From Candidatus Nanopelagicales bacterium (GTDB taxonomy: Bacteria > Actinomycetota > Actinomycetes > S36-B12 > UBA5976): 64,000 nucleotides of DNA. The notes beneath the pieces were generated by a model that worked only from the letters and a program-made list of their open reading frames with translations, made no database searches and was not told where the DNA came from. This document shows, in pieces, positions 49,047 to 58,035 of the stretch. A program made the position numbers and the translations under genes. Numbering within the stretch: position 1 is the first letter of the stretch; every line of letters begins with the position of its first letter. Location: positions 1,103-65,102 of the forward strand of contig JBIJDU010000006.1 of NCBI GenBank assembly GCA_044343935.1, given 5' to 3'.

Positions 49047-49547
49047 ATGAGAAAATTTCTATTGGGCATGGTCTTCCTGGTAAGTGGCTGTGGCGCTGGT
49101 TCGACATTCACACTCGATGATCAAATGTTTGCGGCCATGATGGTGCCGCATCATGAACAGGCAATAGTGATGGCAGATATTGCGCTTACTAACTCAACAA
49201 ACCCAGCAATCTTGGAATTAGCAGCAGATATTAAGGCAGCACAACAACCAGAAATAAACGAAATGCTTAGTTGGGGTGGAGCCATGATTGGTGCGCACGA
49301 TGGTCATCAAATGGCTGGCATGTTGTCTGACTCGGAGATTGAAACTTTGCGAAACACCACCGGTGTTGAATTTGATCGACTCTTTCTTAAGGGAATGATC
49401 AAACATCATGAAGGAGCAATTGAGATGGCAAAAATGGTAATCAATTCAAAAACTGAGTTAGCAGCAAAATTGGGTCAGGATATTACTTCTATTCAAATGG
49501 CTGAAATTGAATTTATGAATAAGTTGTTGACCGAACTGGGCAAGTAA
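49047..49547 (+). CDS. DUF305 family lipoprotein
   Basis: lipobox VSGC; MMVPHHEQAI and MIKHHEGAI repeated HH motifs. Confidence 0.88.
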   Translation: MRKFLLGMVFLVSGCGAGSTFTLDDQMFAAMMVPHHEQAIVMADIALTNSTNPAILELAADIKAAQQPEINEMLSWGGAMIGAHDGHQMAGMLSDSEIETLRNTTGVEFDRLFLKGMIKHHEGAIEMAKMVINSKTELAAKLGQDITSIQMAEIEFMNKLLTELGK

Positions 49548-49581
49548 CTAAATCCTCCTCTCTTTTTGCTATAGTCGCATA

Positions 49582-50919
49582 GTGCGCCTGCGATTAGTTA
49601 GTCTCTTGACTGCGTTAACGCTGCTCAGCACTCATGTGGTTGTGGTCTCCTCAGTTGCGGCACCAGTATCTGACTGTCGCATTAGCGTTTCACCAAATCA
49701 AACAGTTTCGCTTGGTTTCCCGATAGCACCAGAGCGAATAAATACCAAGGCAAAACCAAAAATTATGGTGCTGCCATTTCGGTTAAGTGACCGACCGACT
49801 TTTTCATTTAGCGAAAACGTGAAATCAGACTACGAAGCAGCAGCAGTATTCATTGAGCGCTATTCACGTGGCTTGAGTAAACCAGAATTTGTATATGCTC
49901 CCGTGGTTGATATTACCGAAACGGTAGCCGACATGGTCATTCTTCGCCAAAATCAACAACAGCAATGGCAGCGAGACGAGGCTAAATCAACTTGGGGATT
50001 CATAAGAAAACTAATCGCAAACAGTGATGACAAAATTGACTTTACTGGCATTGATGGCGTAATTATGCATGGTTCCTCAACTAGTAGTGATTCATGGATT
50101 GCTGAAGCAATGATGTTCAGTAAAAATCCGCGAGATCCTTGGTTCCGAACTATTAAAACTGCAGAAGGAGAAATCTTGAATGCAGTATTGTTAGATAAAC
50201 ACAACTCAATTTCAACAATTGCGCATGAAATTTTGCACCTTTATGGACTGACAGACTTATATGGAACACCAACTGGTCCTGGAAATCTATCCCTTATGGC
50301 GTCAAATGCAGATGCATTACTTAGTTATGAAAAGTGGGTGCTTGGCTGGTTTCCAGAAAATCAAGTTCAATGTATTGTAGAAGCAACGGAGATCAAATCG
50401 ACACAAGTGAGTACTCGGATCAAAATTCCTAATTCAAATACAGATCAAATCGTAGTGATTAATTCTGATGTTTCTGGTCAGGCCATGATTATTGAAACTT
50501 ACCCAAGCGGCACAAGCACTTATCTGGCTTTCTATTCGCTGAATAATGAAGCTAGACCGCCAATAACTATGCATACACCTCAGCTTGGCTTGCCAGGTTC
50601 TGGATTGATAATCTCAAATACTTCTGGTGTTGGTGCGCAATTACTTTCCCCAAAATACCACTTATTAGTTTCAGATAAAACTACTAGTGAGATTACCTTA
50701 GATTTGATACCCAAGGGACAGCTTTCAAGCGCATCAGCTCTCATTGCAGCAGCAGAAGCAAATCGAATTCGAATTCAACAGGAAACGGCAAGTCAAGTTG
50801 AATCAGTGGGAACTAAACCAAAATCCAACAAAAAGTCTATCGTTTGTGTTAAAGGTAAAACTGTTCGCAAAATAAATGCCGTAAACCCAAAGTGCCCATC
50901 TGGATTTAACAGAAAGTAA
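49582..50919 (+). CDS. secreted M6-like metalloprotease with basic Cx15C C-terminal tag
   Basis: signal peptide; HEILHLYGLTDLY; LSLMA Met-turn-like; tail KKSIVCVKGKTVRKINAVNPKCPSGFNRK. Confidence 0.78.
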   Translation: MRLRLVSLLTALTLLSTHVVVVSSVAAPVSDCRISVSPNQTVSLGFPIAPERINTKAKPKIMVLPFRLSDRPTFSFSENVKSDYEAAAVFIERYSRGLSKPEFVYAPVVDITETVADMVILRQNQQQQWQRDEAKSTWGFIRKLIANSDDKIDFTGIDGVIMHGSSTSSDSWIAEAMMFSKNPRDPWFRTIKTAEGEILNAVLLDKHNSISTIAHEILHLYGLTDLYGTPTGPGNLSLMASNADALLSYEKWVLGWFPENQVQCIVEATEIKSTQVSTRIKIPNSNTDQIVVINSDVSGQAMIIETYPSGTSTYLAFYSLNNEARPPITMHTPQLGLPGSGLIISNTSGVGAQLLSPKYHLLVSDKTTSEITLDLIPKGQLSSASALIAAAEANRIRIQQETASQVESVGTKPKSNKKSIVCVKGKTVRKINAVNPKCPSGFNRK

Positions 50920-51180
50920 CTAATTGATAATCAATGAGTTATCAAGGATTTGATAAATTTGATTTCGTGCACTAAAGATCTTGGCTAAATAGGCTTCAGC
51001 AATCCCTGATTGCTGAGAAACTTGATCTTTTAGTTCTTGATCTGCCCCGTTAGCGCGAATCAGATATTTCGCCTCTTCCCAATCGAAGTGCTCGATCTCC
51101 ATCCCCTCTAGAACTGCCAACTCAATCAGGGCTAACTGGAATAGCGCTTCCGAAGGCTGGGGTGGAATGAGTAAATTCAT
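50920..51180 (-). CDS. small acidic hypothetical protein
   Basis: ATG-initiated ORF filling an otherwise empty gap; no motif. Confidence 0.5.
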   Translation of the reverse strand: MNLLIPPQPSEALFQLALIELAVLEGMEIEHFDWEEAKYLIRANGADQELKDQVSQQSGIAEAYLAKIFSARNQIYQILDNSLIIN

Positions 51181-51256
51181 GAGGGAATGCTCTCATAGGC
51201 CTGGTGTGAGGTGAATAACACAAGGAAAAATTTGCCAAAAGCAGATAGGTGGGGTT

Positions 51257-52315
51257 ATGGTTATGTCGAATTACGAAAGGATGAATTTGCGTAAATATTT
51301 TGGGCTAGCCACCATGGTCGCCCTTATCTTGAGCCTTACCGCTTGCGCAGCTGATTCAGATCAGGCAACTGGCGCAGGTGACTCATTAAGCGGAACTGAA
51401 TTGACTGTCTACTCTGGCCGAAGTGAAGAATTCATTGGCCCATTTTTTGCTGACTTTGAGGCAGCAACTGGAATTGAATTGAATGTTCGATATGGCGATT
51501 CCGCTGAATTAGCCGCACAGCTCTTAGAAGAAGGTGACAACTCCCCAGCTGACATCTTTATCTCACAAGATGCCGGTTCCTTGGGTGCGGTAGCAGAAGC
51601 AGGAATGCTCGCCTCTTTGGAAAGTGATGTTCTCTCATTGGTTCCAACTGAATATGCGGCAGCGGAAGGAAACTGGGTAGGAATTACTGGCCGAGCCCGA
51701 GTTTTTGCCTATGATCCGATCAAAGTAACTGAGTTACCAACTTCCATTGATGATTTATTGGATCCAAAATGGGATGGCAAAATTGGCTTTGCACCAACAA
51801 ACGCATCATTTCAAGGATTTGTGACAGCACTGCGACAACTGCGCGGTGATGCAGCAGCAGAAGCATGGTTAACTGGCTTGGCAGCTAACAATCCGGTGCC
51901 TTATGAAAAAAATACCATGATTGTAGAAGCAATTAATGCGGGTCAGATTGAAATAGGTTTAACCAATCATTACTACATTTATACCGTAGCTGATGGGCTT
52001 GGCACTGAAATAAATGTTAAAGATGGTTTCTTTGCCGCAGGCGATCCAGGTAATTTGATTAATGTTTCTGGCGCTGGAGTCTTGAATACTGCTGCAAATT
52101 CAGCTGGTGCTCTTGAACTGATTAAATTCTTGCTTAGCGATGAATCACAAAATCGATTTGTAACTGATACCTATGAATATTCAGTACTTCCAAGTATTCC
52201 AGCACCGCAAGATCTACCTTCCTTTGTTGAGATCGGCTCCCCAATAGTTGATTTAGACGCATTAAAGGATGTTAGAAGAACTCAAGAGATGTTAATTAGG
52301 GCCGGCTTGCTTTGA
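51257..52315 (+). CDS. Fe(III) ABC transporter substrate-binding lipoprotein (FbpA/FutA-like)
   Basis: lipobox LTAC; VYSGR, SPADIF, NHYY tyrosine ligand pair. Confidence 0.9.
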   Translation: MVMSNYERMNLRKYFGLATMVALILSLTACAADSDQATGAGDSLSGTELTVYSGRSEEFIGPFFADFEAATGIELNVRYGDSAELAAQLLEEGDNSPADIFISQDAGSLGAVAEAGMLASLESDVLSLVPTEYAAAEGNWVGITGRARVFAYDPIKVTELPTSIDDLLDPKWDGKIGFAPTNASFQGFVTALRQLRGDAAAEAWLTGLAANNPVPYEKNTMIVEAINAGQIEIGLTNHYYIYTVADGLGTEINVKDGFFAAGDPGNLINVSGAGVLNTAANSAGALELIKFLLSDESQNRFVTDTYEYSVLPSIPAPQDLPSFVEIGSPIVDLDALKDVRRTQEMLIRAGLL

Positions 52316-53871
52316 CCTTAACTCGCACTCCAGCAACCCCCAGCGGAAGGACCGCTGGGGGTATTGCTGTTCCTAGGGTGCTACGTCTATCTGCCGTTTT
52401 GGTTCTAATGCTTGCCAGTATTCCGCTTGGCTATCTGGTAATCCGTGCCAGCGGTGGTGGTTTTGATGCGGCAGCTGCAGTATTGCTGCGTGAAAAAACC
52501 ATCAACATGGTTTTCACCACCGTCGCGCTTGCGATATTGGTTGCGCTGTTTTCATCATTGTTAGGAATTAGTTCAGCATGGTTAATTCAGCGAACGAATT
52601 TGCCAGTTAGTAAATTGTTTTTGGTTCTGGGTACTTTGACTCTTGCCGTGCCAAGTTATGTTTCTACTTACGCGTGGATTGCGTTAATCCCAAACTTTGC
52701 TGGGTTTTGGGCAGCGGTATTTATTCTCACGCTGACCACTGCACCATATGTCTTACTCGCAAGCCTAGCTGCCCTGCGACGCATAGACGCCACTCAAGAA
52801 GAATCCGCACGAGCGCTGGGATTGAATTCAGTTGCAGTTGCAAAACGTGTTATCTGGCCACAGGCAAGACCTACGGTGTCAGCTTCAGTGCTATTGGCCA
52901 TGCTCTACGTGTTGAGTGATTTTGGTGCGGTCTCACTGCTTCGAGTTGATACTTTTACTCGAGTAGTTCATACCATGTATAAAGCAGCCTATGACCGTAG
53001 TGCGGCAGCAGTAGTTGCGATTATCCTGGTGCTGCTTGCCGCAATTTTGATTTACACCGAGCAGCGAGCACGCGGCAAAGCGGTAGCCGCAAAATCAGGG
53101 CTAGGTTCAATTAGGTTGGCACCAAAAGTAGATTTAAGTTGGAAAAAGTATTTAGCAGCAAGCTACCTGTTGGCCATTGCCACAGCATCAATTGGGGTGC
53201 CATTTTATGTGTTGGTTACCAGATTTATTTCAGTTTCTGCTGACATTAATTTTTCAGATTTAGTTACGGCTGCAATTTCCACACTTTCAGCAGCCTTCAC
53301 AGGCGCACTCATGGCGATGGCATTTGCGATCCCGCTTGGAATTTTGGCAGCGAGATATCGTTCAAAACTTTCTAGTTGGGCTGAGATTGGTATTTTGTTG
53401 ACTCATGCGCTGCCTGGCGTGGTAATTGGACTTGCGTTGGTTGCGCTTGGCTCCAATCTAGGATTCTTGTATCAAACCCTGCCGCTACTTGCGTTCAGCT
53501 ATGCCGTGTTGTTCTTAGCAAAGGCAGTAGGTTCAATTAGGAATAGTTTTGCTCGAGTGCCAAAAGTTTATGATGATATTTCTCGCTCACTTGGCTATAC
53601 ATCGTGGCAGACCATACGAAAGGTAACTATTCCAATCGCAGCACCTGGTGTTATTACTGGCTTTTTATTAGTGCTGTTAACTGCCATGAAGGAGCTACCA
53701 GCTACGCTGATGTTGCGGCCAACCGGGTTTGATACGCTCGCGACTGAGATCTGGACTAAAACTGCAATTAGTCAATATGGCCAAGCCGCACCTTATGCGC
53801 TGCTGCTAGTTCTCGTAGCTGCTATTCCAACTTATCTGCTTTCCCGCCCCGACCGAGCGCAACCAGAGTAA
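52312..53871 (+). CDS. Fe(III) ABC transporter permease (duplicated-domain FbpB-like)
   Basis: two EAA-like loops (EESARALG, DISRSLG), SDFGAV, KELPATLMLRP; real start probably after the hairpin. Confidence 0.9.
   Translation: MTLTRTPATPSGRTAGGIAVPRVLRLSAVLVLMLASIPLGYLVIRASGGGFDAAAAVLLREKTINMVFTTVALAILVALFSSLLGISSAWLIQRTNLPVSKLFLVLGTLTLAVPSYVSTYAWIALIPNFAGFWAAVFILTLTTAPYVLLASLAALRRIDATQEESARALGLNSVAVAKRVIWPQARPTVSASVLLAMLYVLSDFGAVSLLRVDTFTRVVHTMYKAAYDRSAAAVVAIILVLLAAILIYTEQRARGKAVAAKSGLGSIRLAPKVDLSWKKYLAASYLLAIATASIGVPFYVLVTRFISVSADINFSDLVTAAISTLSAAFTGALMAMAFAIPLGILAARYRSKLSSWAEIGILLTHALPGVVIGLALVALGSNLGFLYQTLPLLAFSYAVLFLAKAVGSIRNSFARVPKVYDDISRSLGYTSWQTIRKVTIPIAAPGVITGFLLVLLTAMKELPATLMLRPTGFDTLATEIWTKTAISQYGQAAPYALLLVLVAAIPTYLLSRPDRAQPE
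52331..52369 (+). promoter_or_regulatory. GC-rich stem-loop after the iron-binding-protein gene
   Basis: cagcaa-cccccagcgg-aagga-ccgctggggg-ta-ttgctg. Confidence 0.6.
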
Positions 53872-53891
53872 CTGCGAGAAAATATCACCCT

Positions 53892-54908
53892 ATGACTGCC
53901 CTAAAAATTGATGGCTTAACTGTCACTTACGCCAACCGGCCAGTGCTTAATGAACTGAGCTTGCATGTGCCAAGTGGTGCGTTTGCCACAGTGCTGGGTC
54001 CATCAGGCTGCGGCAAAACTACCTTACTCAGAGCAATTGCTGGCTTCATCTCACCATTTAGTGGAACGATTCGATTTGGCGATCAATTAGTTAGCGTTTC
54101 ATCCATTGTGGTACCACCAGAGCGTCGCAAAGTTGGTTATGTTGCGCAAGAAGGTGCGCTGTTTCCGCACTTAACAGTTGCGCAGAATATCGCCTTTGGT
54201 ATTACTGATAGCAAAGTTAAATCAGATTTAGTTGCTGAACTACTCGATCTAATTGGTATGAGTAAATTTGCTAACCGGATGCCGAATGAATTATCTGGCG
54301 GACAACAAACTCGAGTTGCGTTGGCTCGCGCACTGGCACCAGAGCCAAAAGTGATGTTATTGGATGAACCATTTAGTGCGCTTGATGCTGCGCTTCGAGA
54401 TGATTTGCGAGCAGAAGTCAGTGAGTTGTTAAAGAATCGAAAAACCACCACATTGATGGTGACGCACGATCGAGAGGAAGCATTAGTAGTAGCTGATCTA
54501 GTTGCGTTGATGCGATCAGGTCAGTTTGTGCAAACCGGTACACCAACTGAGGTTTACCTTGATCCAGTATCACCAGAGGTAGCCATTTCAACAGGCGATG
54601 TGTTGTTGCTGAGCTCAACTAAGGACGAAGCGGGCAAGATTGATTCAGTGCTAACACCAACAAAATTGGGCACAGAATTTGTTTCTGGCAAATTAGTGAT
54701 TCGTCCGGAAGAGATTCGGATCAAGCCAGCAGGCAGCGGCATTGCGGCATCAGTTATTGATCTGGATTATTACGGCCATGATGCGGTGGTTCATCTAGAT
54801 GCCGCAGGTGAGCGAATAAATGTCCGAATTAGTGGGGATTTGAAAGTTCAGGTTGGCGATCAGGTTGGGCTAGAACATGTTGGTCCGATTCGGTGGTTTC
54901 CAAACTGA
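53892..54908 (+). CDS. ABC transporter ATP-binding protein (FbpC-like)
   Basis: GPSGCGKT, LSGGQ, LLDEP, TOBE-like C-terminus. Confidence 0.93.
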   Translation: MTALKIDGLTVTYANRPVLNELSLHVPSGAFATVLGPSGCGKTTLLRAIAGFISPFSGTIRFGDQLVSVSSIVVPPERRKVGYVAQEGALFPHLTVAQNIAFGITDSKVKSDLVAELLDLIGMSKFANRMPNELSGGQQTRVALARALAPEPKVMLLDEPFSALDAALRDDLRAEVSELLKNRKTTTLMVTHDREEALVVADLVALMRSGQFVQTGTPTEVYLDPVSPEVAISTGDVLLLSSTKDEAGKIDSVLTPTKLGTEFVSGKLVIRPEEIRIKPAGSGIAASVIDLDYYGHDAVVHLDAAGERINVRISGDLKVQVGDQVGLEHVGPIRWFPN

Positions 54909-54939
54909 ACTAGCGGGTGATTTCAACTAAAGTACCGCT

Positions 54940-56406
54940 GTGATTAGGGCTGATGGCCGACTAGGCCACGAGTTAAGTCCAGAAGAACACCTACCCCAAG
55001 ATGCATGTGGTGTATTTGGTATTTATGCCCCCAATGAAGATGTCGCTCGATTAACTTATTTTGGTCTTTATGCACTGCAACATCGCGGCACTGAATCTGC
55101 TGGCATTGCCGTTTCTGATGGTGAAGCGATCATGGTTTATAAAGATATGGGATTAGTGGCGCAGGTATTTAACGACGCTGCGCTGGATTCGCTTAAAGGA
55201 ATTATTGCAGTTGGCCACACTCGATATTCCACAACTGGCGCCACTAACTGGGATAACGCCCAACCGACTTTTCATGTTGGTCAGAATCGACAGATTGCCC
55301 TTGGTCATAACGGCAATTTAATGGATGTAAACAAACTACATGAGAAACTCCACAACGGCCGAGTGCTAACTGGCAAAGGAATTCGCGGCACTAGCGACAC
55401 TGAATTAGTTGCTGCGTTAATTGCATCTAATCCAGCAGAAAGCACTATTGCTGCGCTGAAAGATGAGTTGATTGAGCTAAAAGGTGCATATTCATTTGTG
55501 CTAACTGATGCTAAAAGTTTAATTGGTGCTCGCGATCCACAGGGAATTCGACCATTAGTGATTGGTCAATTAAATGATGGTTGGGTCATTACATCTGAAA
55601 CTGCTGCGTTAGACATTGTTGGTGCGAAGTATCTACGTGATGTAGAGCCCGGTGAAATAGTAGTAATTGATGAAACTGGCATGTCCAGTCATACTTTTGC
55701 ACCAAGTAAACCAGCTCACTGCTTGTTTGAATATGTTTACTTAGCACGTCCCGATACCTTGCTTACTGGCCGCAGTGTTCATGCCACGCGAGTTGAGATT
55801 GGCCGCAAACTTGCCCAAGAGCATCCAGCGCCAGCAGATTTAGTTATTCCGGTGCCGGATTCGGGCACACCTGCGGCAGTTGGTTATGCCCAAGCATCAG
55901 GTATTCCGTTTGCGCAAGGATTAATTAAAAATGCCTATGTTGGTCGAACCTTTATTCAACCAACTCAGACCATTCGCCAACTTGGTATTCGGATGAAGCT
56001 AAATCCACTCAAAGAAGTAATTGCTGGACGTAGATTAGTTGTGGTGGATGATTCAATTGTTAGAGGTAATACGCAGCGAGCGATTGTGAAAATGCTCAAA
56101 GATGCTGGTGCGCTAGAAGTGCATGTTCGGATCTCCTCGCCACCGGTGTTGTGGCCGTGTTTTTATGGAATTGATTTTGCTCAAAAAGAAGAGTTGATTG
56201 CAGATGGCAAAACTATTGAACAAATCCGAGAATCAATTGGTGCAGATTCGTTAGGTTTTGCATCCCTAGAATTATTAACGGCAGCAACTAAATTGCCAAG
56301 TGAGAATTTATGTCGTGCCTGTTTTGATGGTAAATATCCAATTGAAGTTGCCGAGGATGTTAAGCGTGGCAAGCTTCATCGCGAACTTCCGATATTAAAT
56401 GGCTGA
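54940..56406 (+). CDS. purF: amidophosphoribosyltransferase
   Basis: DACGVFG propeptide/Cys1, LQHRG, GHTRYST, VDDSIVRG, CFYGID. Confidence 0.98.
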   Translation: MIRADGRLGHELSPEEHLPQDACGVFGIYAPNEDVARLTYFGLYALQHRGTESAGIAVSDGEAIMVYKDMGLVAQVFNDAALDSLKGIIAVGHTRYSTTGATNWDNAQPTFHVGQNRQIALGHNGNLMDVNKLHEKLHNGRVLTGKGIRGTSDTELVAALIASNPAESTIAALKDELIELKGAYSFVLTDAKSLIGARDPQGIRPLVIGQLNDGWVITSETAALDIVGAKYLRDVEPGEIVVIDETGMSSHTFAPSKPAHCLFEYVYLARPDTLLTGRSVHATRVEIGRKLAQEHPAPADLVIPVPDSGTPAAVGYAQASGIPFAQGLIKNAYVGRTFIQPTQTIRQLGIRMKLNPLKEVIAGRRLVVVDDSIVRGNTQRAIVKMLKDAGALEVHVRISSPPVLWPCFYGIDFAQKEELIADGKTIEQIRESIGADSLGFASLELLTAATKLPSENLCRACFDGKYPIEVAEDVKRGKLHRELPILNG

Positions 56407-57481
56407 TTACAAATCTGCCGGAGTTGATACCCAAGCAGGGGAACGCGCAGTTGAGTTAATGAAGGAAGCGGTGCTAGCTGCACAGCGACCAGAAACAGTT
56501 GGTGCATTTGGCGGCTTTGCTGGGTTATTTGATGCTTCAAAGCTGAAGGATTACACCAAGCCACTATTAGTGACTGGCACCGATGGTGTTGGTACTAAAA
56601 TCGAAATCGCAAAAGCGCTAGATAAGCATGACACCATTGGCATTGATCTGGTTGCAATGGTGGTTGATGACATTGTAACTGTCGGCGCGGAACCACTCTT
56701 TATCACTGATTACATCGCAACTGGCAAAGTTAAACCAGAACTAATCGCACAGGTAGTAACTGGAATTGCAGCTGGAGCTAAATTAGCAAATGTTTCACTG
56801 TTAGGTGGTGAAACTGCCGAACATCCAGGCGTGATGAGCGAAACAGATTATGACCTTGCTTGTGCTGGCACGGGCATTGTCGAAGCAGCTGATTTATTAG
56901 GTGCTGAAAAAGTTGAGATTGGCGATGTGGTGCTGGCAATTAGATCAAGCGGACTGCACTCAAACGGCTTCTCGTTAGTTCGAAAAATAATTGCAGAGCA
57001 AAACTTAAACTTAAGCACCATCGTGCCTGATTTTGGTAAGACGCTGGGGGAAGAGTTGCTTACCCCAACCGATATCTACTGCACTGATCTGCTTAAACTA
57101 ATGAAGACAGTGCCAACGGCAGTCCACGCAATTTCCCATGTCACAGGTGGTGGGATTGCAGCTAATTTGGCTCGGGTGCTGCCCATGGCCGCTCATGTTG
57201 ATTTAGATAGATCAAGTTGGCAGCCAGATCAAATCTTTAGTTACTTGGCCAAAAAGAATAAATCTGAGTTAGCTGCATTTGAAGACACTTTTAATCTAGG
57301 CATTGGCATGTTGTTGGTTGTGGCAGCTGATGAAGTATCAAGTGTGAAATCAGCGTTGACCAAAATTGGTCGCGATGCTTGGCTGGTTGGTGAAGTGGTG
57401 ACCCGGACAAATCAAATCTCAGATGCCGCACCTAAAGGTGGCAGTGGCGGCTCAGTTAAGTTGGTAAACAGCTTTAGTTAA
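56399..57481 (+). CDS. purM: AIR synthase
   Basis: YKSAGVD, GTDGVGTK, GGETAEHPG, SSGLHSNGFSLVR, HVTGGG, FNLGIG. Confidence 0.97.
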   Translation: MADYKSAGVDTQAGERAVELMKEAVLAAQRPETVGAFGGFAGLFDASKLKDYTKPLLVTGTDGVGTKIEIAKALDKHDTIGIDLVAMVVDDIVTVGAEPLFITDYIATGKVKPELIAQVVTGIAAGAKLANVSLLGGETAEHPGVMSETDYDLACAGTGIVEAADLLGAEKVEIGDVVLAIRSSGLHSNGFSLVRKIIAEQNLNLSTIVPDFGKTLGEELLTPTDIYCTDLLKLMKTVPTAVHAISHVTGGGIAANLARVLPMAAHVDLDRSSWQPDQIFSYLAKKNKSELAAFEDTFNLGIGMLLVVAADEVSSVKSALTKIGRDAWLVGEVVTRTNQISDAAPKGGSGGSVKLVNSFS

Positions 57482-57669
57482 GCTGTTTCATCCTCATCTT
57501 CGTCATCTTCATACACCGCGTACTTATCTGCTAAATCGGCGTATTGAGCATCATCATTGTGTTTTGTTGCAAGCTCTTGCTGCAATTTATCTAGATCAGT
57601 GTCAAATGAGTGATATTTCAATTCTCTAGCAACACGCGTCTGTTTTGCCTTTTTCCGGCCTCGGCCCAT
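57478..57669 (-). CDS. DUF3073 family protein
   Basis: MGRGRKKAKQTRVARELKY; position convergent with purM is typical of Actinobacteria. Confidence 0.88.
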   Translation of the reverse strand: MGRGRKKAKQTRVARELKYHSFDTDLDKLQQELATKHNDDAQYADLADKYAVYEDDEDEDETA

Positions 57670-57792
57670 GCGTGGCCCTCCCAGACTGTTCCTCGTATTT
57701 TCTCAGGGGCAGAGTTTAGCGGGGGGATTCACAGAATTAAACAGGTGACTTTTGTCCGATTCTTTGAGAGAGTGACCTTGGAGGGTATGAAT

Positions 57793-57993
57793 ATGAGTAG
57801 TCATGAGGAGTTGATGACCCCAGGTCAGGTGGCCAAACTGTTCGCAGTTGACCCAAAAACTGTTTCCAGGTGGGCGAACTCAGGCAAGATCACCACAGTC
57901 AAAACCCTGGGCGGGCACCGGAGATTTCGGGCCGCTGAAATCCGAGCCATGCTGGCAGCCAGTCAGGGGTCGGGTCTAGACGATATGCGCTAA
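57793..57993 (+). CDS. bldC: BldC family (MerR-like wHTH) transcriptional regulator
   Basis: LMTPGQVAKLFAVDPKTVSRWANSGKITTVKTLGGHRRF; GGAGGG RBS 7 nt upstream. Confidence 0.88.
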   Translation: MSSHEELMTPGQVAKLFAVDPKTVSRWANSGKITTVKTLGGHRRFRAAEIRAMLAASQGSGLDDMR

Positions 57994-58000
57994 CTTACGC

Positions 58001-58024
58001 TACCGTAACCTACGGTACCGTAAC
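58001..58024. repeat. 9-bp direct repeat TACCGTAAC x2 overlapping the 12-bp palindrome TACGGTACCGTA
   Basis: taccgtaac-ctacgg-taccgtaac, 15-bp period. Confidence 0.6.
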
Positions 58025-58035
58025 TTAGGAGCAGG

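Noticed and set aside
51181-51256. IdeR/DtxR box upstream of the iron ABC operon
   Set aside because: No convincing match to the TTAGGTTAGGCTAACCTAA-type palindrome.
52331-52369. Hairpins after the two substrate-binding-protein genes as novel sRNAs
   Set aside because: Stem-loops at this position are a well-known way to raise binding-protein mRNA over permease mRNA; recorded as features only.
57610-57792. N-terminal 61-aa extension of BldC as called in the track
   Set aside because: It overlaps DUF3073 and the promoter region; family similarity and the RBS start at 57787/57793.
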